DNA of 64,000 nucleotides, taken from positions 86,182,001 through 86,246,000 of the forward strand of contig NW_024704742.1 in NCBI RefSeq assembly GCF_018977255.1, given 5' to 3'. Made by a program: the position numbers and the translations under genes. This stretch comes from Callorhinchus milii (taxonomy: Eukaryota). Positions 1 to 12,830 of this stretch are shown in pieces; positions within the stretch are counted from its first letter, which is position 1, and every line of letters begins with the position of its first letter. The notes beneath the pieces were generated by a model. It was not told the DNA's origin. It searched no databases and saw only the letters and a program-made list of their open reading frames with translations.

Positions 1-1009
1 TATCAGATGATTTTACAGTATTACATACTTGTGCTATAGCAGCAACAACCTTGGTGGTGAATTTCATTTGCATTACAAAAGGCCCCAAAAAGCTGATTCC
101 TGCAACATTTTTGAATTTATCCCTGTTCTGTCTTGTCATTGGTTGAGGCAAGTCAAAAAGTATATTTGCACACAGTAGCACCTTTCATATAAAGTCTAAA
201 AGTTCTTGATAAAACGTGATCACCTAGCAATGTGGACACTGAAAGATCCAAAAAGTTTAGCCGAGATATGTTTTTAGGAGATTTTTGAAGATGGGGAGAG
301 AGTTGGCAAGATGAAGCCGTTTTGGAAGAAGGTTTCAGGAAACAATAATTTGCATTTATATAGCACCCTTCACACTGGGCAGCATCTCGGAGGGGATAAG
401 GAGAGTTAACGATGTCAGTTAGCTTGGAGTTAGAGTTGCCAGGAGCTGAGTTATTGATGTGTCACACAAACAACAACAACAAATTGCATACATACATATA
501 TATATAGAGCACTTTTCATGTTGGGAAGTCATCCCAAGACTCTGAACTTCTGGTAGGCTTCCTATAAAGAAAATTAGTCTGAGAGCCGGGGAGAAGATTG
601 GGGAGAACTGCAGAGAATAAGAGGCATAGATGTAGGATGTGGAAGGGAAGACTTTAATGATGAGAAGTTGTAAAGATAACAGAGTTGAGGGAAGGTAGTT
701 GGCCGAGTGAATAGTCTCAATTTTGGACAAAAATATGGCCATGAGCTCCTCAGATTGTTGTCAACAATGCTTGAGTTATTGCTGAACTTATTGCAACGGG
801 TGAATTAATGAACAATAAATGAGATTGCCCTGAGCACCAGCACAACAGAGGGATTGACAGCACAATAAACCAGTCAAAAAACAGCCGGTGTAATACCCCC
901 AATCTCACAGCATCAACAGCTGGACTGGCCAATTCACCCATTCACTGTAAGAATTATCTGCCACTGACGATCATAATAATTTTCTACAAAATGTTCTGAA
1001 GCTTTGCTT

Positions 1010-1295
1010 TTTGCATTTGATATAATGCCTTTCATCTCAGGAGGATGTCTTGAAGCACTTCACAGGATTCACTATAAAGAGCAGTGCTTGTATTTTGTAG
1101 ATAAATGCCACAGCCAATTTGCACACAGCAATGTCCCTCAAACAACCATGAAATGAATGATTCATTTTATCTGGGGATTGCCGGCCAGGACACTGGAAAA
1201 ATCTCCCTTCTCTTTTTGATTTAGTGCCATGGGATCTTTAACATCCACCTGAGCAGGCAGATGGGACCTCAGTTTCAAATCACATCTGAAGGACA
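1010..1295 (-). mobile_element. Deu-domain SINE fragment (SacSINE1/AmnSINE1-related)
   Basis: gccatgggatctttaacatccacctgagcaggcagatgggacctcagttt core motif, repeated many times in the window, plus an L2-like 3' tail. Confidence 0.6.
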
Positions 1296-2369
1296 GATAA
1301 TTATTTTAATCGTCATTTTTTAAAAAAATTCTAAAGGAATTTGGGAGATTGACTCTAGATATGAAATCTGTAATTAGCAGCACCTTACAACACACCTCAA
1401 CAGCACAGTCTCTCAGTCCTTTCCAGTAAAAGAGTGTCCCACTACCTTGGCTTATGATTAACTTATGTTGTTCAAATATGTGTAAATGTGATTGTGCCAG
1501 TGGGTGGATGTCACAGTGCATCTGAATGTGGGATGTTCATGAAATTAGTAGGTTAGAGATGAGTTATGATTAAACTACATCTACAAAAGGAAGAGGAGGA
1601 GGGAGGGGGAAGTTTACTGTATATACCTGAAGAAAGCAGAATGCTTTAATAAGCCTTTTTTCCTGATAGATCCAGTTGAGGGACTGGTATACCATTTTCG
1701 TTCAAATAAAAAACATGGCGTAAAAGAAATCCAGTACAATTAGAGTCTTTTTTAAGAACATGGTATCCTAAGATGGCCTGGTAATAAATCAAATAGTCTT
1801 GATTCCGGACTTGATGAGCTTAGAAAGAGCAGCAATATTTGCACTTGCATTTGTACATCTGCAAAGAGACAACCTGGCACACATTGGCTGGATTGCATTA
1901 TGGACAGGATAAAAAAAATTCTAGTGTTTGTATATCGAAACATGTTGAAATGATTATTGTCAGGTGTAGTGACTTGTTGGCAAACACAGCAGGTACGTAA
2001 CATTTTGTTTTCAGAAAGGTCTCACAACACCACATAAATCACCAATTTATGGGATTGATTGGCCAGGAAACGGGGAGAAACTCCCTTCTTTTCAGATAGT
2101 GCCAAGGGATCTTTAACACTCACTTCAGTCCAGCAGACAGACAGGCAGGCATAGAATTTTGTAGAATCTAAGGCACTGAACCAGGGCATTCAGCCCAACT
2201 AGTCTTTGCCAATTTGTATAATCCACAACCTTCTATCCTAGAAACAAGAATGCATCTAATTGTACCAGGCTGTCATCTATAATTCGTCTGGGTTGAGATT
2301 CAGTGCAGTACCAGATCAGCATTTCCTTGTCAAAGGTGCCTGCTTTCAAATGTTATTAGCTGGAGTTAG

Positions 2370-2455
2370 ATTAGAAGATCAGCCATGATTGAATGGCGGG
2401 GCAGGCTCGAAGGGCCGAATGGCCTACTCCTGCTCCTACATGTTATGTTATGTTA
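2370..2455 (+). mobile_element. CR1 LINE 3' terminus (short)
   Basis: gatcagccatgattgaatggcggggcaggctcgaagggccgaatggcctactcctgctcct followed by a (tatgt)n tail, typical of shark CR1/HE1 3' ends. Confidence 0.7.
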
Positions 2456-3482
2456 AATGAGATTTTAAACCCATGTCTATCTGTTGGTGTTCGGGTGGGC
2501 GTTAAAGATTTCATGATGCTATTTGAGGAAAAGAAAGGGAGTTTCTCCCATCCAGCAACCTCACAGATAAACTAGTCATCTGCTTCATTGCTGATTGTAG
2601 GTTATTATTAAGCTACATTTACAAAAGGAAGAGGAGGAGGGAGGGGATATATTTTTTTATTTTATTTATTTTTGGTGATTTGTCCATCTGATAAGTGTGG
2701 AAACCCTTCATCATACTCAACAGTCTCCAAATCAAGCTGAGATTTTCACATCTGTATTGTTTCTATTGGTCTGGTATGGAGTACACACTCTATCCCAGAG
2801 GGACACATCCTGCTCACTTATTTATAAAGAATTTTGGTGCAGATTGGCGGGAGCCAAGCCTTAGGGACTGAGGAATTTCTGGGTGCTGTGTGCAAACTCG
2901 CTGCCACCTTTGCTTACAAAAACAAAACCCCAGGATACAGTTAATCACCTGATTAACTATATCCTCTGCCTCGCCCTTTCTTGTCCGTCACCACCTCTCT
3001 CTTCCTGGCTTGGAGTTGAGCCGTTAACCGCTGCGAGATGCTACTCAGCACAAGGGGCGCTATATAAACATTGTTGTTGTTAGTGGTGGTGAAACTGTTG
3101 TTCCAGTTATTAATTTCAGGAGTTTGTCCTGAAATTATCCTTTGCCACCCTGCACCTGTGTCTCTTGCTCTGCTACTTTAGCATATCTGAAAGCAATGCT
3201 GCTGCAATTCCCAATTTATGTTGCGGATCGCCCACTTGGTTTCCAGCTTCCTCCACAGGGTCTCCTCCCCACCTCTGCTGTCTCCCTTACCAGAGTCAGC
3301 CTGTGCCTCCTGAGGTGTCAGGTAACATTATTCTGTGCTCAGGATGGACAGGTTCTCTATCTGTCTATACAGACCTTAAGTTATGATTATTGTACAAACT
3401 ATATGGATTTACGATTCCACTTCAACTGATTATTTTGCTTTGACCTAATTGTAGACTTCAGTCCAAAACAACTTGTGCACAG

Positions 3483-3755
3483 TAATAATAATAATAACCC
3501 TTGCATTTAATAAAACCCCTTCCTTATACATCGTTGGGACATCTCAAAGCGCTTCAAAAGGAATATACTGTAAAGTGAATTGACTGTATATTTTATGGGC
3601 GAAACGCGGCAGCCAATTGGGTATAGCAGTGTCCCACAAACAGTGGTAGATTGAGTGACCAAATTATTGAAATTTTTTTATATGAAGGAATTATTACCAC
3701 CGGAAAGCAATCCGGCAATCGACTAACAACCGGATTTCTACTTACTAGGTAAACA
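3483..3755 (-). mobile_element. tRNA-derived SINE, long form, 5'-truncated
   Basis: (aat)n tail; reverse complement matches the copies at 55572 and 57483. Confidence 0.75.
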
Positions 3756-3796
3756 GTAATATGCAGTGCAGGGCTGCGTTGTGGCTGATGAGGAGG

Positions 3797-4335
3797 AACA
3801 ACAACAACAACAAGATTCCATTTATAAAGCGCCTTTCACGTCAGGAGGACGTCCCAAGGCGCTGTACAGTTGGGTCATGACCCGAGCAGGGGGGAAATGG
3901 TCAGGGTGAGGGAAGGGAGGGAGCAAGGAGGGGGGAAATGGTCAGGGTGAGGGGAGGGAAGGGAGGGAGCGAGGAGGGGGAAGAGAGTCGAGAGGGGAGC
4001 TGAAGGCACGGTCAAAGAGAAAGGTTTTGAGACCGGCCTTGAAGGAGGAAAGGGAGGAAGCAAGGCGAAGGCACTGGGGGATGGAGTTCCAGAGCCTGGG
4101 GGCTGAGAGGCTGAAGGCCCGACCACCGATGGTAGGGCGGTTGGGGCGGGGGACGTGGAGCAGACCGGAGCCAGAGGAACGGAGGGTACGGGCAGGTAGG
4201 TAGGGGATAGTAGGTTGGAGAGGTAGGAGGGAGCAAGGCCGTGAATGGCCTTGTAGGTGAGGATGAGGATCTTGAAATCAATCCTCTGGGGGATGGGGAG
4301 CCAGTGGAGGCGAGCGAGGGTGGGAGTGATGTGGT
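3797..4335 (-). mobile_element. Young L2 LINE 3' end, 5'-truncated
   Basis: (caa)n tail and ORF2 C-terminal motif (LHWLP...FKILILTYKA), near-identical to 5908-6350 and 49018-49586. Contains an internal tandem duplication of about 45 nt at about 3889-3975. Confidence 0.88.
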
Positions 4336-4784
4336 TTGAGCATTTGACATGCCTGCTGGAAGTCGATGCTTTTCACCTTAGCGATCAGATTTTCCTGAAC
4401 AAGAGGCAGTGATATTTTCACTGAAGCAGAGATACTTTCTGATATGTTTTGGCATTCCAGTCACATGAGGCAAAGTCATAATCCTGTGATGAACAAGAAA
4501 ACACTGTGAAGTATTTCAGCAAAAAAAAACAAGGCTCCCAGAATATCTATCTGTATTCCAACGCCCTGCACACAGGGTTGAAAAGATCAAGGTGATGGCA
4601 TTAAAGCCTATCAAATCAGACTGTTCATTCAGCTCTAACTAATGTAGTAAATTAAGCAGAAGGTTGGGTGAGATAAAGGGAAATTTCAGGTATCGGAGGG
4701 AGACACCAAGAAATGAAGGAAAAGACTTTCACCAGTTGAGGGAATATCCCAGACAACAGTTGATTAAATAGCTCAAAAATATTT

Positions 4785-5290
4785 TTTGCATTTGATAAAA
4801 TATCTACAATGTCAAACTGTCTCAAAGTGCTTCACAGATAATTGCTGTAAAGTGTAACGCATACATATGTATATATAGAGAGAGAGACAGACATGACTGC
4901 CAATTTTTCCACAGCGGTCTCCCATAAATGAAACAAAATGAATGACTAATTTAGCTGGAGAATTGTTGGCCAAGACACCGGGAGAAACTCCCTTCTCTTT
5001 CAGAATAGGGTCATGGGATCTTTACCATCAATCTGAACTGGCAGATAGGACCTTGGTTTATCATCTCAGCTGAAGGATGATGCTTCCAATAATACAGCCT
5101 GCCTCTATCACTGGAGGGTCAGCCTAGACTACATGCTGAACTCCCGCTGAGTGGCTTGAAACTACGACCTTATCTTCTGACCCTTTGGTGAATTGAGCAA
5201 AGCTGACACCCACACAGTTAACAGAGAATGGAACCTGAACCACAACCTTCTGATTTAGAGGTGAGAGTGCAACCAACAGAGCCAGACTGA
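4785..5290 (-). mobile_element. Deu-domain SINE (degenerate, head region partly duplicated)
   Basis: Deu core plus a reverse tRNA-like head (ccacaaccttctgatttagaggtgagagtgcaaccaacagagccagactga). Confidence 0.6.
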
Positions 5291-5907
5291 AACCTGACTT
5301 CACTTTCAGGAGGAGGGATGGGGAGAGAATTGGAGGGGATTTTTGAAATAATTTTAGAGTTCCAGCGATTTGGCTTGATGTCGTTCCAGTTACCAGAGGG
5401 AATTCTTTATTAAAGAATTCCCATTAACAAATACCATCAATGAAACCCCTACAAATTGAAGTTATGGAATGTAACTTAACAAAAATACTTTTTTGCCATT
5501 TGTTTTAGTTGAACATGAAAGTTTGGCTGAAAAGTACCATCTGTATGAGCAAGGGAGGAGGTTGTCCATTCAGGATGTTGGTGAACATAATGAGAACAAA
5601 ATGTAAATGGTTTCATTCTAATGTAGTGAATTCAGGGATGAAGCAGCCAGCTTAGGTTGTTAACTGCGAGTACAGAGCCATCTAAAGCACCAACTGAGAA
5701 ATGACCTGTATGTCTCACACCCAGCCATTGTGGGGAGCTCAGGAGCAGCACTGTCATAAATACCGTGACGAGCTGTTGAATATCTGCAAGATTTATTTAC
5801 TACTACTTTAGAAATTAGCTAAAATTGCTAAGGGAATAGATAGGAATATAAATCCTGTGTTTTTTGGGCATCTTAGGGTGCCAGGAATGTCATCTGGCTC
5901 TAAACTT

Positions 5908-6350
5908 AAACAACAACAACAACAAGATTGCATTTATAGAGCGCCTTTCACGTCGGGAGGACGTCCCAAGGTGCTGGACAGTTGGGTCGGGACCCGAGCA
6001 GGGGGGAAATGGTCAGGGTGAGGGGAGGGAAGGGAGGGAGTGAGGAGGGGGTAGAGAGTCGAGGGGGGAGATGAAGACACGGTTGAAGAGAAAGGTCTTG
6101 AGACCGGCCTTGAAGGAGGAAAGGGAGGAAGCAAGGCAAAGGCACCGGGGGATGGAGTTCCAGAGCCTCGGGGCTGAGAGGCTGAAGGCCCGGCCACCGA
6201 TGGTAGGGCGGTTAGGGCGTGGGGTGTGGAGCAGACCGGAGCCAGAGGAATGGAGGGTACGGGCAGGTAAGTAGGGGGATAGTAGGTCGGAGAGGTAGGA
6301 GGGAGCAAGGCCGTGAATGGCCTTGTAGGTGAGGATGAGGATCTTGAATT
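5908..6350 (-). mobile_element. Young L2 LINE 3' end, 5'-truncated
   Basis: Reverse frame reads FKILILTYKAIHGLAPSYLSDLL...GRAFSLSAPRLWNSIP...FKAGLKTFLF (L2 ORF2 C-terminus); (caa)n tail. Confidence 0.9.
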
Positions 6351-7305
6351 TGAGAAACAATTTTCTTAATATTTCAAAGAATCCAAATTGTGGAGAATTC
6401 TTAAATTTAGGGGTAAATTTGAAGCCATTTTCCGTAGGTTCTTTTGTGAGCTACAGAAAACCAACAACAACAACTTGCACTTACATAGCGCCCGTCACGC
6501 TGGGCAGCGTCTCCGAATGCTTAACAGTAGAGGAGCCCTACGCCGAGCTGGGGGGAAGGAGGAGGTGACCATTAGCACGGTCGTGATCTCAAAGAAGGGA
6601 AGGAGGGAGCAAGGTAGAGGAATTTGGGGAGAGAGTTCCAAAGCTTCGGTGAGTAGTGGCTGAAAGATTTGAGTCTAGAAGTAGATCAACCTTCTAGCCC
6701 CAGGCGCTTTTCAATTGGAAAGTGGAAGATACTTCATGATTAGCCGTGAGTTTATTGATATTTTCACATGAAAGGCTGATGGATAATTCATTCCAGCACA
6801 GTCCTTAGCGGGTGACAATAACCTCACATCAAAACATCAAATTTCGATAATATTGAACGTGCTCTGTCAGGAAGTACTGCACATTTGGGACAAGACTGTA
6901 ATAGTTGGGGTTGGTTTAAAACTGAAAACAAAAACTTCAATACTGTGGTTTGACTAAAAAAAATAACAGAGAATTGTTTTTGCAGCAACTAGGTGCATTT
7001 CATTTCCCTCAGAGAGTGACATGAATTTTGATTCTTGACTTGTTGCGTACATATTATTCTGTGATGAGCTCCATCATCTGCTTTACAAAAGGAACTTCTG
7101 CTCACATATTACTGTAGCACGGAGAATTTCTGACACAGTTCTGTTTTTTATATACATATATGTAAATCAAATGACAATAGAAAGTGCTGATAGCCATCTT
7201 TGGTGTGAAGATTGTGACATATGCTGTGTTACTAAATATCACATCGTCCAGTCAATGATTTAATTTAATGGCTAAATAAATCTTATTCAAAGCGCTTCAC
7301 AGAAT

Positions 7306-7612
7306 GGAGTCTTGTAGCTCAGTGGTTAGAGCTCGCCTCACAAGCAAGAGGACTGGGTTCGATTCCCGGCAGGGCAAAATATTGGGCAAGTTTCCTTACT
7401 CTACATGTCTGATAATAATCCCTCAAGAAAAAAAACAATAATAAATTGGTCACTTCAATCCACGACTGTTTGTGGGACACTGCTGTGCGCAATTGCCTGC
7501 CGTGTTTCGCCCACAAGTATACAGTCAATTCACTTTACAGTATATTCTGTGAAGCTCTTTGAGACATCTAGAAGACATGAAAAGCGCTATGTCAAATGCA
7601 AGGATTATTATT
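7306..7612 (+). mobile_element. tRNA-derived SINE, short form, full length
   Basis: Head ggagtcttgtagctcagtggttagagc (A box) and gggttcgattccc (B box); (att)n tail. Confidence 0.85.
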
Positions 7613-9052
7613 CCCCTCCCCATCGACTCCACCACAACGGTTGGGCTCAAAGCCTCTCATGGCAGCCATTGGGCTTGCCGACTGCAACAGAAAAAGCAGC
7701 ACCAACTGTTGCCAGGGAATGGGGGGATCAGAGACAACAAAGTAAGACGTTGATATGGTGGACAGTTTTAAGATGCAATCCAGTAATTAACACTTTACAG
7801 GTCATAATTGCTGCTTCTTTGTGTAAATAGAAAAATATTCATACAAAATAGGGCTCTTTGCCCTCCAACACAGTGACTAGAGGTATATTCATGGTTTGCA
7901 GCAGGAATGTCGAAGCTGCACAGTGAAATGTTAAGCAATGTATGATGGGCTAAATGGCATTCTGTGCTGAAAAATCCTACCGTTCTATCATCAGAAGAAT
8001 ACAAGCACTGGGAAATAATTGTCCTTGCGCACCTGACTAATCACTCATTGATGATTATTTTAAAGTAAAATATAAAGAAACACTCTTTACCATACAGTAT
8101 AAAGCAGTGAAATGGTTGTTTGGCAAGATACGTGCTAAATCATGGTTTGACCAAATCTTTTTAGTTATTTTCTTAAATTATAGAATGTTTTAGAATAATG
8201 TGGGAGACTTTTGATAATAATCAGAGTATGTTGTAAATGTGTCTACCGTCATATTAAAGTTAAATTGTCTCAACTCAACTCTGCAAGTATGTTCGCTTCT
8301 TGAAGACATTTCCAAAGAATTGGGCTTACTCTTTTAAGCAGATTCCTGTCTCTAAAAGTGGCCATACAGTATATTTTATTGAACTTGTGTTCCTGTGCTA
8401 CATGAGGAAAGACCCAGTAAAGCTCTGCACTGTAATTCTATTACCTCAACGTGAAAGTAGTCTGATGAACGATTTTAAAATTGCCTCATTTAATATTGAT
8501 TGTCAGCATGAAATGTGCCTTTACACCCTTGGATCAAATAAGTAAATCAATGCCTTGACTCATTGAAAGACTGAATGATTTGTCATAGACAGAGGAGCAT
8601 AATTAAATTCAGTCTGCTACTAAATGTTAAGGTTAACTCTGGCTAAATTGTTTGGGTAAAATTCTTGTTAATTAATGCCTAGTTTTGTTATTCCATATGG
8701 GATTTGCTGTGTCTGCTTGACTCAGTTAGTAACACTCTTGCACCTGGGTCTGAAGGTTGTGGGTTCAAGCCGAATGTGAGGACTTCAACTCACAGGCTTG
8801 ACTGACAATCTGGTGTACTGCGTGAAGTGAATGACCAATTTGTCTGGAGCATTATTCACAATTGAATGTTGACTGAGATGTTTAAACAGAATATAGATAG
8901 GTACTTTAAGGGCTATGGAGAAAATGTAGGGGACTGATCCACCATGATGTAATAAAATGGCAGATCAGGCTTGATGGACTGAATGGCTTTCTCTTGTTCC
9001 TGTGTTACTCGATCAAGATCTGCAGAGTGAAAAGGAATGACTTTGTCCATTA

Positions 9053-9475
9053 ACAACAACAACTTGGATTTATATAGTGCCCTCCATGCCAGACGGCGTC
9101 TCAGTTTCGGATCCTGGGACCGAGCCAGGGGGAAGGGGGAGAGGTGACCAAAGGAAAGGTCAAAAAGAAAAGTCTTCAGCAGAGACCTGAAAATGGGAAG
9201 GGAGGGAGTGAGATGAAGGGAGTGAGGAAGGCAGTTCTAGAGTCTTGGAGCATAGTGGCTGAAGGCACGGCCACTGAGGGTGGAGCGGAGGACTCGGGGG
9301 ACAAGAAGGAGGCCATACCCAGAGGAACGAAGGCAACGGGTGATGTTTTGAGGAGAGAGGAAGTCAGAGATGTAGGGGGGGCAGAGGAGTGCGGGACTTG
9401 AATACGAGGGTGAGGATCTTGAAGTCGATCCTCTCTGGGATAGGCAGCCAGTGCAGCCTGGCAAAGACTGGGGAG
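9053..9475 (-). mobile_element. L2 LINE 3' end, older subfamily
   Basis: Reverse frame has LRSS...LLLVPR...GRAFSHYAPRL; (caa)n tail. Confidence 0.8.
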
Positions 9476-11152
9476 ATCGCGGAAAAAAAATATGTTCCAT
9501 GTGTAAACCACATTTAAATATGATTATATTATATGCCATGTGTGAACACTGCAGGAATCCTCAATGAGGTAATCAGCAGCCAAACCACTTCATTGGTTAA
9601 TTGCACAATTATGGGGACCTGAATTTGACTCTGTGCAAACTCGCTTCAAATAGTGTCAGAGATGAGAATGCTACCAACTGAGGCAGACTGACAGATTGTG
9701 AGTCTGATGTAAAGTTTAGAAATCAGTGATGCTCAATATGGCATTGGTGAAGCAAGAGTTCTGAGATCTTGTTGAACCACTTGTCTCTGACCTTGCCATG
9801 CAGAATAAGCATATCCCTGTTATGTATCAATGTGTATATATATATCCTGGGGCCTTCCTTTTACCTCAGGCTGCTGTTTATAGCTGTGGTAATGAGCGCA
9901 GCAAACAAGATAGAGTTTGTCTCTGCTCACGAAGCTTCTGCTCCCTTTCCTGTTCTTTACCTTGTAGGCAGTGAGTCCAAATTGAGGAGCAATAAATATA
10001 AGATAGCCAGCAGTAGAACTGACAGGTAGTTTAGGGAAAATGTCTTTCCTGGAGGGGCACTCCGACTGGATCACCTGATACTGATTTCTGTGTCCCCCAC
10101 CACTCACAATGGTCTAATTCCTCACGTTTACTACACTGTGGAACTTTTATACCCATTAATTCTACGTGTCCTGAGGTAATGTGTCAACAAAATCATTCAT
10201 ATTAATTACAACCAGAAATCTCAAACGGTGCCAACATGTGATGTGCATCACACATTTTGTCTTTTGCTATTGCACTTTGAATCACTGGGGTAAAATTTGC
10301 AGTATTCCTTCCTCAAGGTATTCCTCATCTGATTGTGAAAACAGGGAATGCACTGTTCCCAGAAGGCTATAGACACAGAATCAATTGAGATGTTTAAAGG
10401 GAGATAGTGGACACTTTGGACAATAGATGCAAGGAACACCTAGGGATGCTATAATTTTTACCCATTCAGTTTTAGACAGACAAATCATTTCAATCTATGA
10501 TCTGTGAATATTAAATACAAGAGGCATTGCGTGGGGATCACTGAGTGCAATCCTCTGACTGACAACTTGGGTTATATCAGGTTTGCACAACCTAAAAAGG
10601 GAAATCTAGAATTCGAAGAGAGAACTGCCCACCACTTGTATTTTCCGGAACATGAATAAACAACAGTATTAATCTGAGAGAAAAGTACAATTTTTGGCTC
10701 AGGTCTATTTATTTCCTCCTATATTTTTAACTGTGCAAATGAAGAGCTATACAGGCCGTCACACATCAGAGGAACATCTCTGTAGAGAGCCAAAAACAAA
10801 TACATCAGAGCACGGAGAGCAATTGGAGTTCCTTGTCTTCAGGTTGTCTGTCTGTCACAAACTATAATTGACTTTATTTTTCAAGCTGCCAACTGTGTGC
10901 AGTGCTTTGAGACTTCATGCCGAGTGAAAGGCGCTACAAAATGTAAAATGTATTGTTTTAGAAGCTCATAGTTTGTACAACATCTCGCCAACTCAATTTC
11001 AGTGCCTTTGCATTTCCTCCACCAATATCACTCATGTTGTATCGAACTCTTATCAGGTCACTACCCACCTGGATCATTCAGTATTGTCACCAAACCAACG
11101 TGAAAGGCGCTATACAAATGTAATCTTGCTGTTGTTGTTTGGGATTGATATA

Positions 11153-11230
11153 CAGTGGAAGACGCCTTAAGTCGGACTCATTGGGGCTGGCTGTTTTGTC
11201 CGGCTTAAGCGGCGCCCGAGATAAACCAAA
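11153..11230 (+). mobile_element. Tc1/mariner (Tigger/pogo-like) non-autonomous element terminus
   Basis: TA|CAGTGGAA start and internal palindrome cttaagtcggac (11166-11177) / gtccggcttaag (11198-11209). The other end was not found. Confidence 0.45.
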
Positions 11231-11424
11231 GTTCCCTTACTTCTTCCCCCCCAGTAGAGGAGCGGTGCATCCTCCCTTCCATTGTTGCACCCATTGGACG
11301 AGAAGGGGACCAATTAGCAGTGGCTCTGAGGTGATTGACAGTCTGGAGCCGCTTGTGAATGTTTGGGCTCCACTCCTTCACCAGCGGCTCAGCTGTCAAT
11401 CAATCGCGATTTGACTTCTCCTAG

Positions 11425-12600
11425 GTCCTGAAGGGCAACCAGCTCTGGCCTCGCCTCCGCTAAATCATGCTTCCTACTCCAAGGCAATCTTGGAGGCCAA
11501 AGAAAACCCCAGGCTCCTCTTCTCCATCACCAACTGGCACCTCTGCCCACCCTCTCACGCCTCGCCCATCCTCTCGTCCAACACCAACTGCGAGGAGATG
11601 CTAGCCTTCCTCAAAACCAAAGTTGAGGGGTTCCGCTCAGCTGCCTCTGCTCTTCCGACCACTGCCCCCTCCCCATCGGCTCCTTACACCCCGGCCCCCA
11701 CCAATCCCTCCTTCCACATCTTCGAACCTGTCTCCCCCTCCTCTCTCACCACCATTGTAACAAACATGAAACCGATCTCTCCTCGACCCCATACTTACCC
11801 CTCTCCTTACCTCCAGCTGTACCTCCTTGCCCCTCTACTCACAGACATCATAAACCTCTCCCTGTCCACTGGCAATGTTCCAACGTTTCCTAAAAATGGC
11901 CATTAATCCCTGCTCTCAAACTACCGCCCCATCTCCAACTCCCATTTCCTTTCCAAGGTCCTGGAATGAGACGTTGCTTTCCAGCTTCACTCATTCCTCT
12001 CCCACCACGCCCTTCACGAACCCCTCCAATTGGGTTTTTGTGCCGCACACAGCACAGAAACAGCTTTGGTCAAAGTGACAGGGCTCCTCATCATCCTCCT
12101 TGACCTCTCTGCTGCCTTCGATACTGTTGACCCCTCTATCCTCCACCTCCTCCGCCTCTCCTCTCACCTCAACCTTCATGGTTCTGTTTTTTGAATGGTT
12201 CAGATCCCACCTCTCACACCATCTCCACTTTATCTGCACAAACGACTTCTCCTCTAGCCCCTGCACCATGGTGTGTGGCGTTCCTCAGGGCTCTGTCCTT
12301 GGTCCCCTCCTCTTCAACATCTATATGCTCCCTCTTGGTGACATCATCCATAGACATGGGCTCAATTTCCACATGTATGTGGATGACACCCAACTCTATC
12401 TCTCTGCCTCCGCCCTCGACTCCAGGCCACTGCTGTCCTGACAGAATGTCTGTCAGACATCAAGTGCTGGATGAGAGCTAACTTTTACAGTTGAACATCA
12501 ACAAGACCGAGAATCTCCTGATTGGCTCCCGTCAGCGCCTCTTCACCTCAGACACTGACAGCATCACCATCTAAGGATGCACACTTCACTTTACTAAGCC
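11425..12600 (+). mobile_element. Degenerate L2 LINE ORF2 (reverse transcriptase) fragment
   Basis: Motifs [17 protein letters not shown] and [24 protein letters not shown]...[11 protein letters not shown], interrupted by frameshifts and deletions. Confidence 0.9.
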
Positions 12601-12606
12601 AGTCTG

Positions 12607-12830
12607 GATGCTGAGCCAGGGAGAAAAGGGAGGTGACTATAGGCACTGTCGAAGAGGAAGGTTTTAAGTTGCGATCTGAAGATGGGTAAAGAGGAGGAAA
12701 GGTGCAGGGATTGAGGGAGAGTTCCAGAATTTGGGGGTGAAGTGGCTGAAAGCACGGCCACCGATGTTGGAGCAGAGGATATCAGACATGCAGAAGGTTA
12801 AGCGAGGGAGGTGGGTAGAGTAGTTGAGTG
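12607..12830 (-). mobile_element. L2 LINE 3' fragment
   Basis: Reverse frame IGGRAFSHFTPKFWNS. Confidence 0.7.

Noticed and set aside
11425..12830. Twin-priming inversion of a single L2
   Set aside because: The two pieces converge 3'-to-3', the opposite of twin-priming geometry; independent insertions or later rearrangement is more likely.
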